Shown in pieces: positions 1-9,352 of a stretch of DNA of 64,000 bases (its first letter is position 1; every line of letters starts with the position of its first letter). Below the pieces are notes generated by a model that worked only from the letters and a program-made list of their open reading frames with translations, did not search any database and was not told where the DNA came from. The stretch comes from Candidatus Bathyarchaeia archaeon (lineage in GTDB: Archaea > Thermoproteota > Bathyarchaeia > 40CM-2-53-6). The stretch is from positions 352,001-416,000 of the forward strand of contig JBEKVV010000002.1 in NCBI GenBank assembly GCA_049513715.1. The letters run 5' to 3'. The position numbers were made by a program, and so were the translations under genes.

Positions 1-273
1 CAAATGCAGTTAGAGTACATCTACAATTCGAACTCCATCGAAGGCAACACGTTAACGCTCAGAGACGCTCAACTCGTCTTAGAGGAAGGAACAACAGTCG
101 GCGGCAAACCACTACGAGAAATCCTAGAAGTCAAAAATCATCCGGAAGCAATCACTTATGTCGAAACATTGGCCAGCGGCAACGAACTCAAAGAAACAGA
201 CATCCTAACGCTCCATCAGATACTCATGAAAGACATACTCGGCGGTACAGGTCGGTATCGAACAGGCGGCTAG
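1..273 (+). pseudogene. Fic family protein, N-terminal fragment (truncated before the catalytic motif; open at window edge)
   Basis: YNSNSIEGNTLT and EVKNH..A motifs typical of Fic N-termini; stops at GRYRTGG* with no HPFxDGNGR motif downstream. Confidence 0.75.
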
Positions 274-393
274 ACGCGCCAGTTACCGAACAGAGCCACT
301 TTCACGCTAGAAAGCAGCAATATCTCGCCCGGAAAAAACTGCTATTCGTCAAGAGTAAAGAAAAGCGGAGAGAGAGTGGGTGGTGTTCGTGGC

Positions 394-1860
394 CTATGGC
401 ATGGGGTGGACCGGGAAGTAGTAGATGAAGAATGCGAGGGCTAGGAGCACGTTCAAGGCGAGTACAGGCTTCCCTAGCCCCTTTGGAAGGAGCTTCCAAG
501 TGAAAGCCAATCCGAGTGCCACGAAGGGCAGCGTGTATATCATGTAATAGTTGAAGCCAATCCTCCTCACAAGTATGCTCAACGCCAGCCATGGAACGTA
601 GTTTAGAATCATTCCGCTCAAAATGAACAGGGCGGTGGCTCGTGTGTCTTTTGCTGCTTCGCTGTCGGTTCGTTTTCTTTCTTTTGGTCTTTCTGTGGGT
701 ACCGTTGTTTCTTCTTTGGGTTTCCACCTTAAGAGGACGTAACCCAACCCGACCAGAGCGGGCCACAACCCGTACCAAAGCGCCAGGTTCGCCTGTGCGT
801 GGTACCATATCGGAATGTAATGCGTAGCGGCACCGCCGGTCGTGACTTCTACGTCAACCCTGAAGTACGTTGGCGCACTGAACGGGTCCGGTTGCTGAAA
901 TGTTCCATTATGAGGTACTGGGTCGAAGGGAAGGATCCAGTTCCATGCGTATTGGTATGGGGCGTAAGGTTCATCGATCACTATGCCTCCCGGTCCGTGG
1001 TACTGGTAGATGAAAACCAGATGGTGATACGCGTCTAATATCACGTCTTTGCTTGTGCTCAAGGATGTGCTATAAATCGTCGTAATGGGTTGTCCGTTTC
1101 CGTTCAGCACAATCTTGGCATTCACGCTGCTTGAAACTGAAACCGCTCTTGGAGGTTGATACCTCAAATCGTAGGCGGTCAACAGTATGAATAAAACCAG
1201 CACCGCGACGACAGTGTACCGTATTGCGATCTTGAGCGGGACGGACTTCCGGATTGGCCTCAAGGATTTGCGGTTAACGTAGAGGTGGTATATGCCTAGT
1301 GCTGCGAATAGGAAGATGCTCATCTCTCTAGAAATGAAAGCTAAGCCCATGCTGACCGCTGACCAGCCGTAGTGTTTCCTGAAGTACAATTCGACCGCCA
1401 AAAAGCCGAAGAGGAACATTGGCATGTCAATGAGCAGGCTTCCGCCGTGAATGAAGAACACCGTATCCAAACCCAGAAGCATTGTTCCTCCTAAGGCCCA
1501 AGGGTCGCCGAGGAAACGTTTCGCAATCAAATAGATCAGGTAGAGTGCAGCTATTTCCATTATGACTGAGGGAAAGCGCCAAGCGAACCAGTTGTTTCCG
1601 AAGATGGCTATGCTGATTGCGCCTATGATCTTGGGCAGTGGAGGGTGTTCGGCGTTAGCTGCAATTCCGTTCAACGTTGCAACGCTGGCAGGAACGTAGT
1701 GCGCTTCGTCAAATATCATCGAGCCGTCTGATGGGAAAGCGATTTGGAGCATGTGGACGGCGAAGTAAAGGAGCAGGAAATGCTCTATGCGGAATTTACC
1801 AACTAGCTCCTTGGCTCCTCGCCATATGTAGGTTGGGTCGATTTCAATTTGAACTTTCAA
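394..1860 (-). CDS. GT-C fold membrane glycosyltransferase (PMT/GT39-like)
   Basis: FDEAHYV...EHPPLPK motif near the N-terminus and many TM helices. Confidence 0.8.
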   Translation of the reverse strand: MKVQIEIDPTYIWRGAKELVGKFRIEHFLLLYFAVHMLQIAFPSDGSMIFDEAHYVPASVATLNGIAANAEHPPLPKIIGAISIAIFGNNWFAWRFPSVIMEIAALYLIYLIAKRFLGDPWALGGTMLLGLDTVFFIHGGSLLIDMPMFLFGFLAVELYFRKHYGWSAVSMGLAFISREMSIFLFAALGIYHLYVNRKSLRPIRKSVPLKIAIRYTVVAVLVLFILLTAYDLRYQPPRAVSVSSSVNAKIVLNGNGQPITTIYSTSLSTSKDVILDAYHHLVFIYQYHGPGGIVIDEPYAPYQYAWNWILPFDPVPHNGTFQQPDPFSAPTYFRVDVEVTTGGAATHYIPIWYHAQANLALWYGLWPALVGLGYVLLRWKPKEETTVPTERPKERKRTDSEAAKDTRATALFILSGMILNYVPWLALSILVRRIGFNYYMIYTLPFVALGLAFTWKLLPKGLGKPVLALNVLLALAFFIYYFPVHPMP

Positions 1861-2362
1861 CTTTCACAGCCTTCACAAGGATCCTCGGGAAAGATAGGGA
1901 GGGTGCGAATAACCGCACGACCCTATCAAAGAAGCGTGTGCAATAATCCGTATCGATAAGCCTGAGCTCATCAATCTTGAAACCACAAAGGTCCATGAAA
2001 TTTCGCATATGTTCCTCTGTAAAGAGGGCGAAGTGCCTGTCCTTTCCACCGTGCTTTCGGTACCCGCCGGTGTGAGTGCCCAGAATATAATACTTTAGAC
2101 AGGCTGCATTGTCCGTAATTATCGTTAGGGTTCCATTGATTTTCATAACCCGTCTGATTTCGTGCAAATGCTGTGCTGGGTTGGGCAGGTGCTCGAACAA
2201 GTTTCTCTCATATACTTCAGTGAACATTGAATCTTTGAAGGGCAGGCGCTGGGAATCTCCAACGACATTTGCTCCTTTCGTCGGGAACAAGTCCAAGCGT
2301 ATGTCACCGTAAGTGTCGTTTCCGCAACCGAGGTTGAGTTTCAATTTATTTTCGTTGTTCAT
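1844..2362 (-). CDS. Class I SAM-dependent methyltransferase (type 11-like)
   Basis: LNLGCG motif I, LPFKD and FEHLPNP..L.EI.RV motifs; ATG at 2362 chosen over the ORF-track start. Confidence 0.8.
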   Translation of the reverse strand: MNNENKLKLNLGCGNDTYGDIRLDLFPTKGANVVGDSQRLPFKDSMFTEVYERNLFEHLPNPAQHLHEIRRVMKINGTLTIITDNAACLKYYILGTHTGGYRKHGGKDRHFALFTEEHMRNFMDLCGFKIDELRLIDTDYCTRFFDRVVRLFAPSLSFPRILVKAVKVESSN

Positions 2363-3509
2363 CCAATGTTCCTTCCAACAAATCGATGTGAGTCTTCCAG
2401 TTGAAAGATGAAGCCCACGCTTTCGCATTGCGTGACATTGCTTGCCACCTACTATTGTCTGAGAGGAGTATGTCGAGTTTCTTAGAAAAGTCGTCTATGT
2501 TGTATGGTTTTGCGTGGAACCCCGTCCTGCCATCTTGGACTGTTTCCGCTACGCCCGCGTCACCCCAAACCACTGCTGGGGTTCCATTCAACTGCGCCTC
2601 GACGGGGCTTAGGCCGAAGGGCTCTTGAATGCTTGTCTGAATGTACGCTCTCGCTTCAGAATACATTTGCACCAAGGTCGCGTCGTCAACATAACCTGTG
2701 AACCGGATACGATCGCTTAGGCCCGATTTGGCAGCTGCGTCAATTAGAAATTTCGTGTGCACTGTCTCCTTTCCAGTAACAAGGAGTTCTGGTCTGTTCG
2801 TTCTCAGCCCTTTAAGAACCGAGAAGGCGAGGTCGATGCGTTTCCAAGGATAATGCCGGCTTGCAATCACGACAGTGTTTTTGCGCTTGGAAGACTTTGC
2901 TTTCAGGGGCGTCTCGACGGCAGGATAACACACCTCACCCGTGAGTCCGTACTCTTTCTCGAACAGTTTCCTCGTCCAACGACTATTGAAGAGTAACGCT
3001 GATGCATTCATGTGGCAGAGCCTGTCCAAGTGGAGTGCGAGCTTCTTGGCGAACACACCGAGTAACCCGTCGAGTAGTAAGAAGTCTCCTCCCGACGCCC
3101 ATTCTCCCGCAGTGTCAGGCCGACGATGTATGAATGTGGTTAGTTGATGCAGATAGCCGACGTATGGTGTGCCGAATAATGTGTTCACCCGGTAGCCTAG
3201 CCACATGCTCGGCTGGGAATGACATAACATGACATCGCAATCAGAGACCTTCTTTACACCAAATGGGATTATCGCTGACGCTAGCATACTTGAGCCTTCC
3301 CGGAACGGAAAGGGCAGTGGTAGATGTGGGACGAGGCGTTCCGGCTTAACCTGAGCAAGCAAATCTGGAAAGCATTTGTCCCAGTAGATAATTGGCGAGA
3401 AAACCTTCACGATATGTCCGCGCTTTCGTAGGAACCGCGCTTGCTCCAGGGCTACGCGCTCGCCGCCTCCAGAGTAAAAGAAACCCATGTGGATAATGTT
3501 GATTTTCAC
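2346..3509 (-). CDS. Glycosyltransferase family 4 protein
   Basis: GGGERV N-terminal motif, EPFGLSPVEA (ExFGxxxxE) motif. Confidence 0.9.
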   Translation of the reverse strand: MKINIIHMGFFYSGGGERVALEQARFLRKRGHIVKVFSPIIYWDKCFPDLLAQVKPERLVPHLPLPFPFREGSSMLASAIIPFGVKKVSDCDVMLCHSQPSMWLGYRVNTLFGTPYVGYLHQLTTFIHRRPDTAGEWASGGDFLLLDGLLGVFAKKLALHLDRLCHMNASALLFNSRWTRKLFEKEYGLTGEVCYPAVETPLKAKSSKRKNTVVIASRHYPWKRIDLAFSVLKGLRTNRPELLVTGKETVHTKFLIDAAAKSGLSDRIRFTGYVDDATLVQMYSEARAYIQTSIQEPFGLSPVEAQLNGTPAVVWGDAGVAETVQDGRTGFHAKPYNIDDFSKKLDILLSDNSRWQAMSRNAKAWASSFNWKTHIDLLEGTLDEQRK

Positions 3510-3628
3510 TTCAAGTGCCTCATACGACGGCGGCGTCCGCAGTGTACTCGCGCGCTGGCTCTGTTTCCTAACTGGCGCTTTCCGGTTTTTGGTTTTAAAT
3601 AGGGCTTATATATGCAGGCTATTTACGG

Positions 3629-4243
3629 GTGATTAAATCCCCAGTATATAAGGTGGCCAACCTGCCCGTCAAGAAAGTGTTCATCAACATTGAAAACGTC
3701 GTAGCGTCCGCGACTCTTCATCAGAATATTGATCTAAATTCGATTGTTCGCGTTTTCCCAGGCGTTGAGTACAGGCCTGAACAGTTCCCAGGCCTCGTTT
3801 ACCGCCTCAAGAAACCTAAAACGGCCACCTTGATTTTCAGCTCAGGCAAAATGGTCTGCACAGGCGCCAAATCCGAGCGCCAAGCGAGGAAAGCAGTGAT
3901 GAAAGTTGTCGATGAGCTCAAGAGAAACGGAATTGTTATTCTCGGGAAACCCGAGATTCAAATCCAAAACATCGTTGCCTCCGCAGGTCTGGGCGGCGCC
4001 ATCGACCTCGAGAAGTCCACCTATTCTCTTAAGCGCACAATGTACGAGCCGGAGCAGTTCCCAGGCCTAATTTACCGCATGGACGACCCAAAGGTTGTGA
4101 TTCTTCTATTTGCAAGTGGCAAGCTCGTCTGCACCGGGGCCAAGAAGGAAACTGAGGTTCACAGGGCCGTGGCGATTCTTCAGGGAACCCTTGAAGAAAA
4201 AGTCCTCATCGCCTACGAGCCAGCACTACCCACACAATCATAG
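3629..4243 (+). CDS. tbp: TATA-box-binding protein
   Basis: Two TBP repeats: NVVAS..YRPEQFPGLVYR..LIFSSGKMVCTGAK and NIVAS..YEPEQFPGLIYR..LLFASGKLVCTGAK; true start may be 3653 or 3662. Confidence 0.97.
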   Translation: MIKSPVYKVANLPVKKVFINIENVVASATLHQNIDLNSIVRVFPGVEYRPEQFPGLVYRLKKPKTATLIFSSGKMVCTGAKSERQARKAVMKVVDELKRNGIVILGKPEIQIQNIVASAGLGGAIDLEKSTYSLKRTMYEPEQFPGLIYRMDDPKVVILLFASGKLVCTGAKKETEVHRAVAILQGTLEEKVLIAYEPALPTQS

Positions 4244-4316
4244 GTGCCCCCTTAGATTTTCTAGTAAGAAAAAAACCTGAAATACGAAACAAGAATCACG
4301 GTTCTACTGATGGGGC

Positions 4317-5069
4317 TTGGTGGAGTGCGATAGGTGTCACAGAAAATTCGCAACCTATGCTGCACTTAAACAGCATTACGAGAACCAACACACCAACGCC
4401 AAATGGCCAGCCACACTCGAAAGCAAGTTGAGTGAAGAGCAGAGCCTACAAGCCTACAAAGCGAATCAGCACCCAACTCGAAGCTCGCACACCAAACTAA
4501 TCATAGCTGCAGTCTTGGTTTTGATTGTTGCTGGCGCGAGTATGGTTTATTTGCCCAACGTGTTGCAGTCAGGCGGAACCAGCAATTGCGCAGGTTTTCC
4601 TTTTCCGCCAATAGGTGACCAAAGCCTTGCGGAGCACTACCATGCCTTGCTCTTGATTTACGTGAATGGAGCGCAGCTCAATGTACCACCCAATGTGGGT
4701 GAGGGCGATGGGGGGCCTTGCACTCAGCCTCTCCATGTTCACGTGAACGAGCCTGACACGAACGTTATCCATATTGAGTCGCCCCAGTTGAGAAGTTACA
4801 CGATGGGAGATTTTTTCAAGGTCTGGGCTGCAACTCCAAGCATTGGTCCGCCAACTCCCGTAGTATTCAATCAAAACCAAATATTCGGTAACAGCGTTGG
4901 CAATGGTTACGAGCTGAGAATGTACGTGAATGGCCAACGGTCGGCCGCTTATGATTCATTGGTCCTTCAAAACCACATGACCATCATGGTTGTCTACGGA
5001 AACTCTGCCACAGAATGGTCTCACTATCAAACCCTTTCCGGTGAGCCATGGCCGTACCCGAACTATTGA
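4317..5069 (+). CDS. Membrane-anchored protein with N-terminal C2H2 zinc finger and His-rich external domain
   Basis: CDRC...HYENQH, one TM helix, HYH / LHVH / IHIES motifs. Confidence 0.7.
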   Translation: MVECDRCHRKFATYAALKQHYENQHTNAKWPATLESKLSEEQSLQAYKANQHPTRSSHTKLIIAAVLVLIVAGASMVYLPNVLQSGGTSNCAGFPFPPIGDQSLAEHYHALLLIYVNGAQLNVPPNVGEGDGGPCTQPLHVHVNEPDTNVIHIESPQLRSYTMGDFFKVWAATPSIGPPTPVVFNQNQIFGNSVGNGYELRMYVNGQRSAAYDSLVLQNHMTIMVVYGNSATEWSHYQTLSGEPWPYPNY

Positions 5070-5327
5070 GATCGCAATCAAGTTCTACACGTACTTCGGG
5101 TTTCGAGCCAAGCCGTGGAAATTCCGGAGCCATTACGGAGGAAATATCGAAGATTGGGGGTTAAGGCGGCCCACCCTGTTACAGGAATGTTCGATATTAT
5201 CGCATTCATCGAAGCCGCGGACATCAACAACCTAACGGGTGCGGTGCGGACGAGGATGCAGGCGATTGATGGAGTGCTTCGGGCTCACATTGCCATCGTT
5301 GGCGAACTCGTGACTGCTGGCGACTGA
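5070..5327 (+). pseudogene. Lrp/AsnC ligand-binding domain protein, frameshifted
   Basis: C-terminal VKAAHPVTGMFDIIAFIEA is Lrp/AsnC-like; the expected preceding segment EPSRGNSGAITEEISKIGG lies in another frame ending at the G-run 5156-5160. Confidence 0.65.
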
Positions 5328-5335
5328 AAGCGTGG

Positions 5336-5878
5336 TTACTTGGGTTTCGATGGTTTCGATTCTTTGTACTCAATCGCTATGATGAGAGCCACAAGCAGGA
5401 TGATTAGAGTTACTCCGACTGGGCCGCGGAGTTCTAGGCTCAGCAGGCCAACGTATGGGAGTTTCACCACATAAACGCCCATCAAATTTGCGGTCGGCAC
5501 TCGCCACCCGTCTTGCACTGGGTTGTTGTCGCCTTTCGTTTCAAAGAAGATGGAGCCACTCTGGTTGTCCACAGCAATAACGCGATGAACAATCGGCATG
5601 TTCCAATCGTTCGGGCTGTGGAAAATAATTATTGTTCGAACGGTGACGGTCCGGGGGTCAACTCCTCTGACGAGTATTATGTCGCCAACGTTCAATGTCG
5701 GAATCATGCTTCCCGACGAAACCACCATGAGTGGCGACTCAGTGCGCAACGCTATGCGGAGGCCATCCACGCTGCCATAAGTCACGACGAAGAGTATCGC
5801 TATGAGAAGTATGACGCGTGCTGTTGGGTTCTTCTTGAAGAACCTCATTATCTTGGATAGGGCGTTGTCCTCTTTCAA
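5336..5878 (-). CDS. Signal peptidase I (archaeal Sec11/SipW type)
   Basis: VVSSGSMIPTLNVGD, IVHRV, TKGDNN motifs. Confidence 0.93.
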   Translation of the reverse strand: MKEDNALSKIMRFFKKNPTARVILLIAILFVVTYGSVDGLRIALRTESPLMVVSSGSMIPTLNVGDIILVRGVDPRTVTVRTIIIFHSPNDWNMPIVHRVIAVDNQSGSIFFETKGDNNPVQDGWRVPTANLMGVYVVKLPYVGLLSLELRGPVGVTLIILLVALIIAIEYKESKPSKPK

Positions 5879-5949
5879 AGGTGGGTCGCAGCACGGAATT
5901 CATTCATTATTCATATTGCTTTCGTATTTGTGCAAAGTCAGTACGCGTC

Positions 5950-6363
5950 TTATTGGGGTGGGGGTTCTTGGGCTTGGCTTTGCATCATCCGTGACAATTC
6001 GAGTGTTGCACGTTCGCCTGCTTCCAAGAAACCCATTCCGCTTTCTGTGATCTTGTAGATTCGTCTTCCGCGTCCCTTCTCTGATTCCCACTCACCTTGG
6101 ATGTAACCCTCCTCTTCAAGTGAATGAAGCAACGGGTAAAGCGTTCCTGCACTTAGGTACACTCGGAATCTGTCTCGGATGGAGATGTTCACCTCATAGC
6201 CCCACTGAGGCTTTTGGCGCAATAGCCTCAGAATGATCAGGTCGAGGTTGTTTTTCACAACCCTTTCGCGCCAATCTTTCTCGATATTCCTAATCAAATC
6301 CGAAGCCTCAAGGAGCCGTGGACTCATATGGTCTATTGTACATACTTCGATGGCGCTCTTCAT
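5950..6363 (-). CDS. PadR family transcriptional regulator
   Basis: WGYE..SAGTLYPLLHSLEEEGYI...RRIYKITESG. Confidence 0.9.
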   Translation of the reverse strand: MKSAIEVCTIDHMSPRLLEASDLIRNIEKDWRERVVKNNLDLIILRLLRQKPQWGYEVNISIRDRFRVYLSAGTLYPLLHSLEEEGYIQGEWESEKGRGRRIYKITESGMGFLEAGERATLELSRMMQSQAQEPPPQ

Positions 6364-6418
6364 TATAAGTGCCCCGCAAATGGAACATTGCGGTTCACAC
6401 GGGCCGTTTAGTGAGAAT

Positions 6419-6646
6419 TCATTCTGCTATTTCGACTTGGCTACCTTGCCCGAGCCCTAGTGGGGGTTCCTCGAACTGGACTACTAGGAAATCATCTTCA
6501 ATGCCAAGGACTTTTCCGTTGAAGTCCTTTGTTTTCGAGAAATGAAAGCTTGTATTATGGCCGATTAGACGCTGAAGGTCACTTTCGGAAACTGTTACCC
6601 AAGCTTTGTTCAAGGCATCATCGAACGTGATTACTACTCCTATCAT
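6419..6646 (-). CDS. Hypothetical protein
   Basis: 75-aa ATG ORF filling the gap, co-oriented with neighbours, GGAG-like upstream context unclear. Confidence 0.5.
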   Translation of the reverse strand: MIGVVITFDDALNKAWVTVSESDLQRLIGHNTSFHFSKTKDFNGKVLGIEDDFLVVQFEEPPLGLGQGSQVEIAE

Positions 6647-6710
6647 CTAGAACCCCGCAACCTAGACTAGGCGGGAGTGTTCTTGAAGTTTTCTTGCCCG
6701 AGGGTTTGGC

Positions 6711-7193
6711 TTAATTCTCGTGCCTGCCAATCATCTGGAGCCTTTGCTTTCGTCTACGTTCAGCCTCGGTCCATCGTCGCTTCTCTTCCTCTGTTTGCGG
6801 CGTCAACTCCGGCACTGGGGTGGCTTTCCCGTTCTTATCAAGCGCAACGTACGTTAGATAACACGTCCCTGTGTGCCGCACCTGCCCAGTTAGGGGGTTC
6901 TCTGCTTCAACGCGGACTCCGATTTCCATTGATGTTCTGTGGGCGTAATTCATCGATGCGATAAGGCGTAGCAGGTCTCCGATGTACACGGGAGAGAAGA
7001 AGTCCATGCGGTCAAGGGAAGCTGTGACCACGTTATTGCGGGCGTGCTTGAACGCAACGATTGAGGCCACCTCATCGATAAGCCTGAGGATTGTACCGCC
7101 GAAAACATTACCTGCAACATTCGCATCCATGGGCATCATTATCCTCTGCATCGTAGTCAAAGAATCACTCGGCGTCTTCGCAACGTGACTCAA
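6711..7193 (-). CDS. Acyl-CoA thioesterase (hotdog fold, YciA-like)
   Basis: DANVAGNVFGG..L..IDE, VVTAS.D, TSMEIGVRV motifs. Confidence 0.92.
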   Translation of the reverse strand: MSHVAKTPSDSLTTMQRIMMPMDANVAGNVFGGTILRLIDEVASIVAFKHARNNVVTASLDRMDFFSPVYIGDLLRLIASMNYAHRTSMEIGVRVEAENPLTGQVRHTGTCYLTYVALDKNGKATPVPELTPQTEEEKRRWTEAERRRKQRLQMIGRHEN

Positions 7194-7532
7194 GTCTCAT
7201 CAACTCAACCCGCAGGACGATCAGCACGGATAATTGTTTGCCTTCGACCTAGGCTGGATGAATCTGTCCGGGTCTTGGAAATTCCAGGGTCTTCATATAC
7301 CACTCTTTAGCATCCACTATTGAAACGTGGACCATAGGTACCCACCATACCACATCATGGATGCAGGCCATTTCCAGTGGGCTGGACTGGACAGAACGGA
7401 AGATGTAGGCCGCAAATGAGAGGCGCTTTCCCTGGGAAAGTACATACTTTTCACCTTAGTTTTGGTTTGGAAAGGATTAATATGCATGAAAACTAACCCG
7501 CCGACTAGTTCACCCATCACGGTGGTTAAGAA

Positions 7533-9200
7533 ATGGAAACTATTCAGATTGAAAGACCAGAGACTAAGCAGATCAGAGAAACCAGAAGCATCTGCCCTGA
7601 CTGCAACAAGATCCTCCCAGCAAGCGTCTACGAACGTGAAGGGAAGATTTGGTTAGGCAAAACCTGCCCAGACCATGGCGAGATCGAGGAATTGTATTTC
7701 GGCTCATCCGATATGTACTACAAGTTCGCCAAGTACTCGCATAACGGGAAGGGTATTGAGAACCCGAACGTGCCATTGGAGAAATGTGCCTGCCCGACAA
7801 ATTGTGGGCTATGCACAAGCCACCTTAGCCACTCGGGCCTGACTAACCTGGTCATCACAAACCGTTGCGACCTAACATGCTGGTACTGCTTCTTCTACGC
7901 CAAGAAAGGTGTGGAGGGTGCTTACGTTTACGAGCCAACTCAGGAGAAGATTCGTGAGATGGTTAAAGTTCTACGCGCAGAGCGACCAGTACCAGGTAAC
8001 GCAATTCAAATCACAGGTGGAGAGCCCACTCTCCGAAGCGACCTTGAGGACATCGTAAGAATCTGCAGGGAGGAAGGCGTTGAGCACATCCAACTGAACA
8101 GCAACGGAATCAACCTGGCCCAGGATGCTGACATGGCGAGAAGAGTAAGGCAAGCTGGCGTTAACACGGTCTACATGAGCTTCGACGGCGTCACACCCAG
8201 AACCAACCCGAAGAACCACTGGGAAGCACCAATGGCAATTGAAAACTCCAGAAAAGCTAACCTAGGAATCGTCCTCGTGCCAACCGTCATTAAGAGCATC
8301 AACGACCACGAACTTGGCGGCTTGATCAGATTCGGGCAAAGAAACATGGACGTTATTCACGCTGTCAACTTCCAACCAGTCTCATTGACTGGCAGGCTCA
8401 GCAAATCCGAGAGGGAGAAATACCGAATAACCATCCCCGACTGCATCGAACGCATCGAGGAACAGACGAACGGAGAAGTCACGAGAGATGCGTGGTTCCC
8501 AGTTCCGAGCTGTGTCCCGATAACGCACTTCGTGGAGGCACTGACCAAACGCCCCAGATACGAGCTGTCAATCCACTTCGCATGCGGCGCGGGTACCTAT
8601 GTCTTCAAAGACGGCGACAAGCTTGTCCCAATCGCTTCATTCGTGGACCTCGAAGGTCTTCTCGAGTACTTGGAAGAGAAGGCCGACGAACTCAGAGCTG
8701 GCCAGAGCAAGTATCTAGTCATAGCCAAAGTACTCGCAAAAATGGGAACATTCATAGACCGAAGCAAGCAACCAAAGGGACTAGCGCTCAGCAAGCTACT
8801 GTTCAACGCACTCGTCAAGAACGACTACAGAGCCTTGGGAGCGTTCCATCACAAGTCAATGTTCCTCGGCATGATGCACTTCATGGACAAGTACAACCAC
8901 GATGAAGAACGCCTGCGAAGATGCGACATACACTACATGAGCCCCGACCTACGAATCATTCCCTTCTGCGCCTTCAACGTGATTCCGGAATGGTACAGGG
9001 ATGCGATTCAACCAAAGTACGGAATCCCAATCGCAGAATGGGAGCAGGCGCACGGCACCACGATCGAAAAAGGCCTCTACAAAGGTACACTCCGCAAGGG
9101 CAAGGGACATGCAGCAGGCTGCGGATGCCCACTCGGTGCACTCAACACACCAAGCTCGGACCTTTTAACCATCGAAAACGGCATGATACAGGGCAAGTAG
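7533..9200 (+). CDS. tes: Radical SAM tetraether lipid synthase (Tes / GDGT macrocyclase family)
   Basis: N-terminal SICPDC..KTCPDHG, CPTNCGLC..H, CDLTCWYC radical SAM motif, C-terminal RCDIHY...IPFCAFN. Confidence 0.85.
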   Translation: METIQIERPETKQIRETRSICPDCNKILPASVYEREGKIWLGKTCPDHGEIEELYFGSSDMYYKFAKYSHNGKGIENPNVPLEKCACPTNCGLCTSHLSHSGLTNLVITNRCDLTCWYCFFYAKKGVEGAYVYEPTQEKIREMVKVLRAERPVPGNAIQITGGEPTLRSDLEDIVRICREEGVEHIQLNSNGINLAQDADMARRVRQAGVNTVYMSFDGVTPRTNPKNHWEAPMAIENSRKANLGIVLVPTVIKSINDHELGGLIRFGQRNMDVIHAVNFQPVSLTGRLSKSEREKYRITIPDCIERIEEQTNGEVTRDAWFPVPSCVPITHFVEALTKRPRYELSIHFACGAGTYVFKDGDKLVPIASFVDLEGLLEYLEEKADELRAGQSKYLVIAKVLAKMGTFIDRSKQPKGLALSKLLFNALVKNDYRALGAFHHKSMFLGMMHFMDKYNHDEERLRRCDIHYMSPDLRIIPFCAFNVIPEWYRDAIQPKYGIPIAEWEQAHGTTIEKGLYKGTLRKGKGHAAGCGCPLGALNTPSSDLLTIENGMIQGK

Positions 9201-9352
9201 GCAAGCCAACGAAGGCTTGGCCACTCGCCGCCGTTTTCATCTTTTCCTAATCAAGTAATTTGGCTTACGGTAAGCTCCGCTGGGTGACCTGAAGATTTTT
9301 CTGTCAAGCCTATTCTAAAAGGAATCCGTTCGACACGGGAGTCAGTAGTGAT

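Noticed and set aside
302..808. Long alternative-frame and antisense ORFs (e.g. 302-808, 14263-14970, 59474-60169)
   Set aside because: They overlap well-supported genes and lack family motifs.
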